A stretch of 64,000 nt of DNA from Octopus vulgaris (Eukaryota), in the NCBI GenBank assembly GCA_951406725.2, contig OX597822.1:35092001-35156000 (forward strand). The letters are read 5' to 3'. The notes under the pieces were generated by a model. That model did no database searches, was not told where the DNA came from, and saw only the letters and a program-made list of their open reading frames with translations. The position numbers and the translations under genes are program-made. Shown here piece after piece: positions 12,701 to 25,243 of this stretch; within the stretch, counting starts at the first letter, position 1; each line of letters starts with the position of its first letter.

Positions 12701-13609
12701 CTTTATTTTATGAAATATATTAAAAGAGAATTGTTTGCCGTATTGATTACAATTACTATTACGAATTCTGTTTTTAATTAATATATAACCATTTACATAT
12801 GTGTATTTATATTCATGATTCGCACGTCGACGTCTTGAGATACGTTTCCGTTCAATGATGAAAGACATCTTAATTTAAATAGACACTATAGGAATACCTT
12901 ACTGCCACTGCAAGAAGTGAAGGTACTGTTTAACTGGCTATAGTTTCAGTATGCGTCCAGCGTGCCTAGAAGAGGGGTAGATTCGATCAAACGAATTTTT
13001 CAAGTAGAAAACTATTGGTTTCTAGCGATCTAATTTGATGGACATTTAGATGCTGTATAGAATCCTTTAGCCTTCTTTTTGTCTTTAAGACTTATAAATA
13101 AATTTAAAAGCATGATCAAGTACAAAACTTAGGATTGTTAAATAAATTAGAAATTTAATAATTATAATATTCATTGTATCGCTTTCGTAGTGTCAGTAAG
13201 CAATCGGCCAAAGTAGGGTTCAATCGAAGGACCTGTGCAGTAACATTACTTGAAGGGTGCATATGTGTGCGCGTGTGTTTGTGTGTGCATGTGTGTGTAT
13301 GAGCAAATTAGACAAAAGCATTTAATCCGTACAAACAGAGATATGTTAGTTCAGTTATAAATGTCATGGTGGTAACCCCCTATGACTTTGCATACAGAAA
13401 AACAAAGTCACAAGTGGTGGGTTGCAGCAGCAGCGTAGCACTCTATAGGACTATTCTAAAATTAGCAACGTAGACCAAATGACTATCACTATAGTTAAAA
13501 TATAATAGACATTCACCCACCAGATGGTGGGGCTATGGAATATCTCGTTAAAAATCCAATGTACGCGATTGGGGCAGTATTAAATTGAAATAGACATGCG
13601 TAACACGTG

Positions 13610-13901
13610 ACCGACCAGGCCATCAGATGTTGCTACACATCGCTGGTCACAATGCGCTTCGCTTTGTTTTAGCCTTCAATGACGCCACCCTGCTGGCTAA
13701 GCGAGCAAGCCAACAGAAGAAAGAGTGAGAGAAAGTTGTGATGAACGAGTACAGCAGGGATCACCACCCCCACCTGCCGGAGCCTAGTGGAGCTTTAGGT
13801 GTTTTCGCTCAATAAACATTCACAACGACCGGTCTGGGAATCGAAACCACGATCCTACGACCGCGAGTCCGCTGCCCTAACCACTGGGCCATTGCGCTTC
13901 A
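13610..13901 (-). mobile_element. tRNA-derived SINE family C (head type 1, tail a)
   Basis: Head gcgcaatggcccagtggttagggcagcggactcgcggtcg on the minus strand; flanked by gcgtaaca direct repeats. Confidence 0.85.
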
Positions 13902-13969
13902 ACGCGTAACATATGTATACACATATATGCGTGTGTGTGTGTGTGTATCTATATCTATATATCCATCCA

Positions 13970-14010
<41 letters not shown>

Positions 14011-14013
14011 TCA

Positions 14014-14230
14014 TAGTCAACCCAAACATGAAAACACAAAGAGAAAACACAACAAAGCGAGGACGTGGAACAAGTATACTGTTATTGGACGCTCAGGAAA
14101 GGAAAGAAAAAAGGAGGATTTAACGTTTCGAGCGGAGCTCTTCGTCAGAAACATAGGAAAAGGAAAGATCCAAGGAAGGGAAGACAGGAAAAACAAATCG
14201 TCAACGATGCACACGCGGTCACATATTGAA
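14014..14230 (-). mobile_element. Penelope-like non-coding terminal-repeat element beside (TA)n
   Basis: Homologous to 47835-47985; contains an HHR core. Confidence 0.7.
14118..14152 (-). ncRNA. Minimal type I hammerhead ribozyme motif
   Basis: gttt-CTGACGA-agagc-tcc-gctc-GAAA-cgtt-aaat: intact core, stem II gagc/gctc, minimal ACGT stem III, stem I gttt/aaat. Confidence 0.75.
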
Positions 14231-15414
14231 TGACCGGAAGGGAATGGGAGAAAAAAAAGTTCTTTCAAAGACAGGAGAGTGCAAGAGAAGGCGGTATGTG
14301 TGTGTATATGCGTGGTAAGTGCGTGCGCGCGCACACACACATGATTGATAGGTCATTTAATTCGGTATTTGTCCTGATGGGAGGCGACAAGTTTTCATAC
14401 GAGTATGTGCTGCCTGCAAATGCACAAGAAATGGCCCCTAAAAGCCATATTGCATATTTGGCGTTTTCATAGGTTGCTACTCGGACAAATTTTTGTTTGC
14501 TTCCGTTATTTTTTGTGTTTTTAACAGAACAACTCTACAGGTGATGTTATCTCAGGACGAATACGGCAGTAACTGGCCTACAAACGGTGATCATACACTA
14601 AATATGATATATATCTTACTATCTCTAATATCAAAACAGGATCTAGCCTTTCTAGCCCTTTAGCACAGGGCCATCTCCGATCGTGCGGATAAAGTTGTTC
14701 GAATCATAACCAAACCGCTTGTATTTCTATATCGGAGATTGCATTATCAAATGTGCCCTTTCTTTAGAGATAGTGACATGCAATTTTAAAAGACATTTGG
14801 CTTCTATTTCTAGCAAATCATTAAATCATGTGACTACTTTTGGTAGTGATATATAAGGATTTATTCACGAATATTACTATTTACTCCACGATAACATCAT
14901 TTATAATATATCCATTCGTGTGTGTGTGTGTGTGTGTGTATGCGTTGTGTGTACATGTGCTTGTGTTTTTGTGCGCCCATGTATTGCGTGTGTGTGTATA
15001 TGTGTATGTATGCGCGTACGTGCATGTGTGCTGTGTGTGCTTGTGTGTATGTGTCTGTGAGTATGTGCGTGTGTGCGTATATAAGATATTTAACGAAAAT
15101 ACGTCGAAGTAGGTTTTCTCTGAAAAGTAATCCTTCTGTCAAAAGCCCGGATGTTTTAAATTACAAAGTTTACATTTCCTGAATAGTTACTGGAGTTTTC
15201 TCTTTTACTTTTATCAAGCAGGAAACAAAAATGATTTTGAAATCTGATGATGAATCTTCCAATTAAATTATATTGGCGATATGTGTGTGGTCTATATGAT
15301 ATATGGATGTATACATACATACATATGTTAAATTAAAATTAGGATACACGTAAACAAACAAACGAAGCTTGGTTTAGAAGCGTTGAGATGTCTTAGAAAG
15401 TTAAAGAAGTGATG

Positions 15415-15573
15415 TAGGAGTGACTGTGTGGTAAGTAGCTTGCTTACCAACCACATGGTTCTGAGTTCAGTCCCACTGCGTGGCAACTTGGGCAAGTGTC
15501 TTCTACTATAGCCTCGGGCCGACTAAATCCTTGTGAGTGGATTTGGTAGACGGAAACTGAAAGAAGTCCGTCG

Positions 15574-15614
<41 letters not shown>

Positions 15615-15852
15615 GTATGTGTGTGTATGTTTGTGTGTCTGTGCCCCCCCCCCCCAACATCGCTTGATATCCGATGCTGGTGTGTTTACTTCACCGTAAC
15701 TTAGCGGTTAGGCAAAAGAGACCGATAGAATAAGTACTAGGGTTACAAAGAATAAGTCCTGGGATCGATTTGCTCGACTAAAAGGCGGTGCTCCAGCATG
15801 GCCGCAGTCAATTGACTGAAACAAGTAGAAGAGTAAAAGAGTAAAAGAGTAA
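15415..15852 (+). mobile_element. tRNA-derived SINE family B (CORE-like motif, internal TA/TG microsatellite), full length
   Basis: gtgtggtaagtagcttgcttaccaaccacatggttctgagttcagtcccactgcgtggcaacttgggcaagtgtctt...; (gagtaaaa)n tail; about 15 copies or fragments in the window. Confidence 0.85.
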
Positions 15853-15994
15853 ATTCTCAAACGCATCGCCATCAGCAGCAGCATTGCTAACAGCTTCTCT
15901 AACGTCCAGTGTAGCAGGCGTTACAGTCCCTAAAGCAACAGCAACAGCTCCAGTGCCACAGCCAGCAATAACGGCATTAATAGCAATAAGAAGG

Positions 15995-16378
15995 AAGCAC
16001 TCCGTCGGTTACGACGATGAGGGTTACGGTTGATCCGAATCAACGGAACAGCCTGCTCGTGAAATTAACGTGTAACTGGCTGAGCACTCCACAGACACGT
16101 GCACCCTTAACGTAGTTCTCGGGGATATTCAGCGTGACACAGAGAGTGACAAGACCGGCCCCTTGAAATGCAGGTACAAAAGAAACAGGAAGTAAGAGTG
16201 AGAGAAAGTTGTGGTGAAAGAGTACAGCAGGGATCACTACCATCCCCTGCCGGAGCCTCGTGGCGCTTTTTAGGTGTTTTCGCTCAATAAACACTCACAA
16301 CGCCCGGTCTGGGAATCGAAATTGCGATCCTATGACCGCGAGTCCGCTGCCCTAACCACTGGGCCATTGCGCCTCCAC
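15995..16378 (-). mobile_element. SINE family C (head type 1, tail b)
   Basis: Reverse complement of the copy at 23792-24175. Confidence 0.85.
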
Positions 16379-16651
16379 ATTAATAGCAATAATAGCAACA
16401 ACAGCAACAACAGCAGCGATAGTGGCCCTAGCGGAAACACCAGCAGAACCACCGCTAATGATACATCTAGCAGCAAGGGCAACTCTCCCACCAATGATGA
16501 GGATCACAATAGCAACAAGAGGGTCTTCTCCATCAGTGTCAGTGGTGATACCATTATCGCCGTCACCACCACCTCCAGCGATGCCAATACTAGCAGTCCC
16601 AGCTCCGGCAACAACGATTGACAGTGACAGCAACAACAGCAGCACCAGCAG

Positions 16652-17053
16652 TGGAGGCGCAATGGCCCAGTGGTTAGGGCAGCGGACTCGCCGTCGGAAG
16701 ATCGCGGTTTCGATTCCCAAACCGGGCGTTGTGTGTGTTTATTGAGCGAAAGCACCTAAAGCTCCACGAGGCTCCGGCAGGAGGTGGTGGCGACCTCTGT
16801 TGTACACTTTCGCTCCAGCTTTCTCTCTCTCTCTTTCTTCCTGTTTCTTGTCCCCGACTTCCTACGCAACCGCTGAGCCTGGATGCGCATTCATCCATCC
16901 ATCGATGCTCTCGGTGTCGGGTGTTGACCTGCTTTCACTTCTGCGGGTCTTACGAATAGCAAAAGACCACGTTTCGGATTTCTACAGACAATCTTGAGGC
17001 GCGATCTTGCGAGCTCTGGGACGAAGACCGCTTCGCTCAACAAACAAACAAAC
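16652..17053 (+). mobile_element. SINE family C (head type 1, tail c) with (AAAC)n tail
   Basis: ggaggcgcaatggcccagtggttagggcagcggactcgccgtcggaagatcgcggtttcgattccc head; unique tail ending aacaaacaaacaaac. Confidence 0.85.
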
Positions 17054-17074
17054 AGCAACAACAACAGCACCAGC

Positions 17075-17310
17075 AGATACAAACACATCGCCGACGACAG
17101 GCGATCACGGAGATACACTGGATGTCCCGGAAACTCATTCAAACAACGACCCTCCAACCACATGTCCTCCATCAGAGTTCCCGAAAGGATACGTAATATC
17201 ATTGCACAGCCATGTATGGCATCTGAGAGACTATGGGATTCCATACTCGATCTCATGGAAAATCCCCGAGATGACAGGACTCTACATCAACGGGACAAAA
17301 CGATGTACAG
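17075..17310 (+). mobile_element. Penelope-like GIY-YIG endonuclease remnant
   Basis: RRYTGCPGNSFKQRPSNHMSSIR...SLHSHVWHLRDYGIPYSISWKI...YINGTKRC, split across ORFs 16994 and 17007 by a frameshift. Confidence 0.75.
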
Positions 17311-17663
17311 CTGAACGGCGAGATGTCTAGCTCAACGGGCGAGAATCCTAAAGGACTCCCTCGAACCAGGGATCATCCTTAACTCCAGGACGTAGAGTTT
17401 CGGGGCAATGTTTACATTTCAGGAGATTCCTGCTAGCCTTTTGAAGCCCACAATATGGCGCGACTGCCAGAAGTGGATAGCCGATAGCCACAATAATTCC
17501 AATTGTTACCTTTGAGTAGTGAAGCATTTTCTCCTCCATATTCTTAAAAGGTCTTAGGTCAACAGGTTTTTGGGATCTGACGATTCGCTATAAATCTAAA
17601 CCCTTTATGGACGTGAAAACTAAGGTAATCCCCTAAACCGGTCTTCCTCATTATATATGTATA

Positions 17664-17721
<58 letters not shown>

Positions 17722-18171
17722 CTGATTGGTTGGTTGAGTGCTTGTGAATGTTAACTTGCTCCCGATAAATTTGCTTCGGCTGTAAACACAGAGTTGTTAT
17801 ATTTGAACATGCTTTAAAGTAAAGTAATAACATTATTTTAACATATAAGCGTATGCATGTATGTATACATAAGCAAATACATATAAAGATGTGTGCATGT
17901 ATGCATATATATATATGCCTATGCTGATGTCTAATACATGTAAGTAAATATATGCAGGTGTTTGTCTTTGTTAGTATATGTTCGGATGTGTGGCTGTGCA
18001 TTTATACAGTTCAAAGAATTCAGAAACGTAAATTATTTTCTTGAAACTTTTCTGTAGTTTCATTTTTTTTCTGATCTTGACTTTTCGAGGTGATTTTGTA
18101 ATCTTTGCTGGACCAATTATCTCAAACATTTATCGTTACTAAATTGCTACACCAATTCTTGATTAAGATAT

Positions 18172-18405
18172 ATGTTTCTTTATTACACACAAGGGGCTAA
18201 ACATAGAGGGGACAAACAAGGACTGACAAACGAATTAAGTCGTTTACATCGACCCCAGTGCGTAACTGGTACTTAATTAATCGACCCCGAAAGGATGAAA
18301 GGCAAAGTCAACCTCGGCGGAATTTGAACTCAGAACGTAGCGACAGACGAAATACGGCTACGCATTTCGCCCGGCGTGCTAACGATTCTGTCAGCTCAAC
18401 GCCTG
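18172..18405 (-). mobile_element. SINE family A monomer
   Basis: Reverse complement of the family A consensus. Confidence 0.85.
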
Positions 18406-18744
18406 TTTTAAATAAAGCTCAATCTATGGAAGAAAAAAAATTCTTGATTAAGATATAGTGTTACGTTAAATACTGTTGTTGCTACGATTGTGTATTTATG
18501 GAATCGATCATGAGATGCAGATGTTACATCTCCCTATAGATAAAAACATGTATATTACCTCTTGCGGTTTGTAAATAGGCGCAAGCGTGGCTATGTGGTA
18601 AGGAATTGATGGGTTCAGCCTCACTGCGAGGCACCTTACTCAAGTATCTTCTGCTACATAGCCTGAGCCGACCAAAACTTTATGAGTACTTTCAGTAGAA
18701 GAAGATCAAAGGAAGTGCATTATCTGTGTGTATATATATATATA

Positions 18745-18971
18745 TTATTACTGCCCACAGGGGGCTAAACATAGAGGGGACAAACAAGGACATACAAACG
18801 GATTACGTCGATTACATCGACTCCAGTGCGAAACTGGTACTTAATTTATCGACCCCGAAAGGATGAAAGCAAAGTCGACCTCGGCGGAATTTGAACTCAG
18901 AACGTAGCGACAGATGAAATACCGCTAAGCATTCCGCCCGGCGTACTAACGTTTTTGCCAGCTCGCCGCCC
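18745..18971 (-). mobile_element. SINE family A monomer inserted in the (TA)n of a family B remnant (18578-18740)
   Basis: Full reverse-complement copy ending gccagctcgccgcc. Confidence 0.85.
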
Positions 18972-19050
18972 TTGTGTATACACACCCATATATATTTAAT
19001 ATATATATATCATATATATATATGCGGCTACGCATATATATCGCCGCCCT

Positions 19051-19145
<95 letters not shown>

Positions 19146-19352
19146 AGTAATATATATATATATTTAAGTATATAATTAGGTGTGTATATATCGGTTGCGC
19201 ATTTATGCTTATAGTTTTTTCTCTATATCCAGATAAGATAAAAACTTATGATAATATTATATATGTATATAGAATACCTATAAATTATAAATATATATTA
19301 TTATGTATATATATACTTCCTTATATATATATACAACTCGTGTTCCACATCT

Positions 19353-19406
<54 letters not shown>

Positions 19407-19454
19407 CGCATGCAATAAATTTGTTTTTTTATAATTAGTCCCAATGAGGATATT

Positions 19455-20085
19455 TATGCTTCCCAACCACATGGTTCCGAGTTCAGTCTCACTGCGTGAC
19501 AACTTGGACAAATGTCTTCTACAATAGCCTAGGGCCCTCCAAAGCCTTGTGAGCGGATTTGTTAGACGGAAACTGAAAGATGCCCGTCGTATATATATAT
19601 ATATATAAATATATATATGCATTTATGTATTTATGTGTCTGTGTTTGTCCCTCCACCCATCGCTTGATAACCGATGTTGGTGTATTTACGTCCCCGTAAC
19701 TTAGCGGTTCGGTAAAAAAGACCGATTGAATAAGTCAAAGGCTTACAAAGGATAAGAGCTGGGTTGATTTGTTCGACTAAAAGCGGTGCTCCAGCATGGC
19801 TGCAGTCAAATGCCTGAATCAAGTAAAAGAATAAGAGAATACATATACATATCTGTGTGTGCGTGCGTGTGTATATATGTGTGCGTGTGTGTATGTCAGT
19901 GAGTATGTGTTTGTGTTTCGCCCTCGTCACTGTTTGACAACTAGTGTTGGTTTGTTCACATCCCTGTAACATAGCGGTTCGTCAAGAATGACCGCGAAAA
20001 TAAGTACCAGAGTTTTTTTAAAAAAACATATACGAATACTGGCATCGATTTGTTCGACTGAACCCCTCAATGATTAAATCAAGTA
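19455..20085 (+). mobile_element. SINE family B copy plus a second 3'-half
   Basis: gcttcccaaccacatggttccgagttcagtc...gtaacttagcggttcgg...gctccagcatggctgcagtc, then a repeated 3' half. Confidence 0.8.
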
Positions 20086-20594
20086 ACACACAGAACAATT
20101 AGACATAACAGATACAAAATGAAAGCATTAAAATAATGAGAAAAACCAATTTTACAATAAAGAGAATCTCTTAGAGATTAACGTTTTAATCATTTCGTAA
20201 TACAATGCTTTCAAATATTTTCCCCTAAGACATCAAAACAATTACATTTCATGACAAGTTTTGTCCTGAAGCGCCGATAGATTATCGGCAGGGCAACAAT
20301 TCGTGTCTCAAAGAGTTGCTGTTCCACGTAGAAAATAATTCCTCCAAGCTAATTATCTCACAATACATTGCGACGTGCGTTAGTTTATCTTATAACATAT
20401 TGTGTTGCACTCAGGGCATGCTGCATTCTTTCTGCTGTCCAATATATTCCTGTCAGTCGGCTGTTATAATTCAGTCCCAGGTTAGGCCTGGTAGAGCAAG
20501 CCTATGGTCAAAGGCGTTCCCTCTTATCAAGCAAAATACAAGCAGACACAATGCGCACTCTGAGAGTTTTTATCATATAATAATAATAATAATA

Positions 20595-20645
<51 letters not shown>

Positions 20646-20654
20646 ATTATAATA

Positions 20655-21193
20655 AATGCCCTGATGCAGTACCAGACAGAGGGTCTCGTGACTTCTGATC
20701 TTAACTGATTGGAAGTGTTATCATGTACATTGTTTTGTCTGGGTATAAAAGATGGGATACAGCAAATATAGTGCTCAATACCACAGATTTGCTTGTCAGT
20801 TGTTTGACCGTAACCAGTTGGGCGATATGTGCATCTCTGATCATGAGCAGAAGTACTGGGGAAGCATCATAACCGTGGGTTGAAAGGAATTCTTAGAGTT
20901 TTGGATAATTCACATTTGGAAACATGGGTGGTTTGTTCAACATCCTTAAACAACCCTTATTCAGGGACCTTTGGAGCGGGATGGGTTACTCGACCAGAAG
21001 AAAATTCTAACTGGGCCCCACCTGCAAGGTCATGCGCTGTTTATCTTGATATGAGATCACCATGTCGCACACATATGGTTGTGATGCATGTGCCAGGTGT
21101 ACCCTTATCAGACAGGTAGTCATGATGGGTATACTGGGCTTCGTATATTTTACCCCAGTGTCACTTTGATGGTATGCGCTGCTCTCTCACTCA
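20655..21193 (+). mobile_element. ~550 bp (TAA)n-associated non-coding element, copy 4
   Basis: Reverse complement of 8021-8576; (TAA)n on both sides. Confidence 0.85.
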
Positions 21194-21372
21194 ATAATAA
21201 TAATAATAATAATAATATATGTATGTACGTATTTATAATGTATGTATGTATGTATGAATAAATACATGAGAATCTTGTGCAGAGTAACAGCAGACGGACT
21301 CAATCAAAATAGAATATATTATTAATATTATGGTATTGGGTACACTTTCTCTGATATTTAAAACTAAACGAT

Positions 21373-21444
<72 letters not shown>

Positions 21445-21520
21445 TAAATAAAATAAAACATATGCATATATATAAACATATATGTACGTACCTACCTCTA
21501 CATGTACATATACACGCATA

Positions 21521-21685
21521 TATGAGTACAGGACAGCAAAAGGACGTCGAACACAATGAGAAACGAAAACATAGACACAAACCAAAGGAACTGGACATTT
21601 TTATAAAACAACAAAAAAATAGAGTACAGGACAATTAACACAAAGAAAAAACCCCTTCTTCAGTCGCTATGGTTTCATCTACTCT
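21521..21685 (-). mobile_element. Possible Penelope-like terminal-repeat fragment in (TA)n
   Basis: Direct repeat gagtacaggaca; minus-strand CTGAAGA (cttcttcag) with no clear partner GAAA. Confidence 0.3.
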
Positions 21686-22461
21686 AGAGGATATGTTATA
21701 TATATATATATATATAACATATCCTCTTATGCTTACGCACAGCTTGATAGATGTGTGTAATGATTCATAGAGCAGGGGAGAGTGACATACGAAACGATTA
21801 GGGGAAAGTTAGATAAACTATTGTCAGATATTAAACTAAGAAATATATGGTCGAACGAGACCTCCATTTGCTAAGGAAGCCACCAGGGGTCAATTGCAAC
21901 GTGGTGGCGGAAAATGAAAAAATATTTTTCATATCGCATAATTATTTCTACTCCACTTCTTAAAGCTCTTCTCTATTAAATATGTTATCACTGACTTAAC
22001 TACACTTTGTCATGTGGAGGGGTCTTTCATTTGTAGATTCTGTGTATAAGAAATATGATGCTCTCTCTATCATATTACCATGTTATATATTTTCCCTACA
22101 GGCCTTCGTATATATGCGTTTATTTCTTCGTGTATGTGTTTCCGTAAGTGTGCACATACTTCAATGTGTTGCATATATCTGTCTATATGACTGTATGTAA
22201 GGCTATTTTCTTCAGTGTGTGTGTGTGTGGTATATCGTGTGTGGTCTCTCGTGTATGTGTATGTATGTATAAATGCATACGCATGTCTGTGCGTGTATTA
22301 TTGTTAATGTCTGCATCTAAGGTTGTTACCCTAGGTGTGTATATATGTGTACGTCTGATTGTTTCCTTGTTCTGATTGTGTATGATTGTTTCTTTGTTCT
22401 GTGAATACGGGAGTGTGATCTCGTTCTGTGTAAGTGTATATGTAAATGGTTTCTACAACGA

Positions 22462-22680
22462 AGGCGGAGAGATGACAAAATTGTTCGCACACCGAACAAA
22501 AAAGCTTAACGTCATTCCGTCTATCTTTAATGTTCTGAGTTCAAATTCCACCGAGATCGTATTTGTCTTTTGCCCTTTCGGGTTCGATGAACTAAGAGCC
22601 AGTTGAGCTCTGGGGTGGATGTAATCGAACTAGTTCTACCTCACCAGATTTCAAGCCTTGCGTCTTACAGTAGAAATTAA
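22462..22680 (+). mobile_element. SINE family A, diverged copy
   Basis: aaggcggagagatgacaaaattgtt...gttctgagttcaaattccaccgag...ccctttcgggttcgatg. Confidence 0.7.
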
Positions 22681-22845
22681 ATCATTTTTAAAATGTGTTA
22701 GTGTATCCGAGAGTATGTGTATGTATTTCTCTGTATATGTACGCATGTTTGCGAGTACGTGTCGTACTTTGTTTTGCATCTCAGTGTTTGCGTGTGTGTG
22801 TGTGTGTGTGCCTCTGTCTGTGTGTGTGTGTATTAAGATGTATAT

Positions 22846-22968
22846 TTACATTATTTACATTTGACGGATATTTATCCTCATCTTGTTTGTTGTTAACACA
22901 ACGTTTCAGCTGATATACCCTCCAGCTTTCTTCATGTGTCTTGGGGAAATTTCGAACCTGGGTTCTCA

Positions 22969-23012
<44 letters not shown>

Positions 23013-23265
23013 TTATTATTATTCAGGTCAGTGCTTGGAATCGAACTCTAAATCTTTGGGTTAGTAGCCGGCGCTCTTAACCACTACGCCACATGCCTGT
23101 GGACATATGGCGTATGAACCCAGGTTCGAAATTTCCCCAAGACATCTGAATAAGGCTGGAGGGTATATCAGCCGAAACGTTGTGTTAACAACAAACAAGA
23201 TGAGGGCAAATATCTGTCGAATGTAAATAATGTACAGAATTACTCATCTCTTAAATATAGAACTA
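22846..23265. mobile_element. Palindromic tRNA-head / hammerhead element, copy 2
   Basis: Same arms, (TTA)n spacer, tRNA-like head and tail as 11605-11989; TSD taagatgtatat / taacatgtatat. Confidence 0.8.
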
Positions 23266-23791
23266 TAACATGTATATGGGTTTGTAAATATTGTTAAGAG
23301 TGTGTGTACACATAAATGTTCGTGCATATTCACGTGCGTATGTGTCAACGGGTACGAGTGAATATGTGTCTATGTTTAATTCAATGTCTATGTATGTATA
23401 TGCTTGAGTATCTGCATAGTAAGTGCATAGTGTGTGTGTATGTGTGTGCGTTTAGGCGTGTGATTGTATTTTCTCGAAGATACTTATGCACATATGAACG
23501 CTTCTATGAGTGCGTGCGTGCGTGTACTTGCCCGTGTGCGTGTGTGTGTGTGTGAGTCAATCTGTCTGCGTATATTTAATCATATATGCGTGTGCTTGCA
23601 TTTTTGCTTTAGTGTGTGTACGTGTGCTTGAATGTGTGCGAGCGTGCGTTCGCGTGTTTGTGTCTGTACTTTCATGTGTCCGTTTGTTTTTTGGGGTTTT
23701 TTCTATTATCGTCTATCTGGTCATAAATATATTGGCTGTGCGCCCGCGCGTGTGTCTGTGTATGTGCGTCTGTGTGTATATATGTATGCGT

Positions 23792-24175
23792 GGGAGCGCA
23801 ATGGCCCAGTGGTTAGGGCAGCGGCGGACTCGCGGTCGTAGGATCGCGGTTTCGAATCCCAGACCGGGCGTTGTGAGCGTTTATTCAGCGAAAACACCTA
23901 AAGCTCCACGAGGCTCCGGCAGGGGCTAGTGGCGAACCCTACTGTACTCTTTTTACCACAACATTCTCTCACACTTTCTTCCTATTTCTGTTGTACCTGC
24001 ATTTCAAAGGGCCAGCTTTGTCATACTCTTTGTCATGCTGAATCTCCCTGAGAAGTATGTGAAGGGGTACACGTGTCTGTGGAGTGCTCAGCCACTTGCA
24101 CGTTAATTTCACGAGCAGGCTGTTCCGTTGATCAGATCAACTGGAACCTTCGTCGTCGCAACCGACGGAGTGCCA
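23792..24175 (+). mobile_element. SINE family C (head type 1, tail b)
   Basis: gggagcgcaatggcccagtggttagggc...tttcgaatcccag...ccttcgtcgtcgcaaccgacggagtgcc. Confidence 0.85.
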
Positions 24176-24339
24176 CGACGATATACGTATGCACATGTTA
24201 GTGCTGTTCTATAAGAAACTTTCAAGAATGAATGAAATGTAAATGAAATCAGCATGTACAAATTTCATTAGTAAAGGCACATTGACTGGAAGCTAAATTT
24301 AGCAGCGTTTTTGCAGCCAGGGGGCAGTATTGGGGGATT

Positions 24340-25212
24340 TTGGAGTTGTTCTAGTTGCTCTTGTTGTGGTTGTTGTTGTTGTTGTCATTGTTGTTGCCCT
24401 TGTTGCTATTATTATTGTTGTTGTTGTTGTAGTAGTGGTAGTAGTAGTAGTGGTAGTAGTAGTAGTAGTAGTAGTAGTAGTTGTAGTAGTGGTAGTAGTA
24501 GTAGCTGCTCTTGTTATTGCAGTTGTTGCTATTACTCTTGTTGGGGTTGTAGTTATTGCTGTTGTTGTGGTAGTTGTTACTGTAGTTGTTGTTGTTGTTG
24601 TCGATCTTTTTGTTGTCGTTCTTGTTGCTCTTGTTATTGTAGTTGTTGTTGCTGTTATTGTTGCTTTTGTTGTTGTTCTTATTGTAGTTGTTCTTGTTAT
24701 TTTAGTTGTTGTTGTTGCTCTTGTAATTGTTCTTGTTGTTGGTGGTGGTCTTGTAATTGTTGTTGCTGTTACTGCTACTGCCGTTAGTGTTATTCGAGGT
24801 GTCGGTATTGATGGTGGTGATGTTTCCTAATGCAAGATTCTTCGACGAGTTGCGGGTGTTGGTATGGGAGTTGGTGAGAGATGGCTCTGCTAACGGCACT
24901 AGAGGTGGTGGTGGTGTTGGTGGTGGTGGTGGTGGTGACGGTGGTGGTAGCCGTGTAGGTGTTGCTTAGCAATTTTGTTCGTAATGTTGGCGGTGTTGGT
25001 GGTGGTGGTAATGATGGTGATACTATTGGTGGTCCACCGACTCCACCACCATCGTGTAAGTGGTGTTCTGCTGGTATTGTTGTTGTTATTGTTGTTGCTG
25101 TTGTTGTTGTTGTTGTTGTTGTTGTTGGTAGTGGTGGTGGTGGTCGTGGTGGTCGTGGTCGTCATCGTGGTGAGGGTTATGTTGTTGTTGGTGATGGTGG
25201 TGGTGGCGGTTA

Positions 25213-25243
<31 letters not shown>

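Noticed and set aside
16652-16725. tRNA-like sequences (also at 11775, 23792 and 38552) as tRNA genes
   Set aside because: They have A/B boxes but no proper acceptor stem or T-run terminator and continue into SINE bodies.
24311-24830. Cys-rich 158 aa ORF resembling a metallothionein or keratin-associated protein
   Set aside because: It is the translation of (TGT/AGT)n microsatellite; other frames are equally open (poly-Val) and there is no real ATG or gene context.
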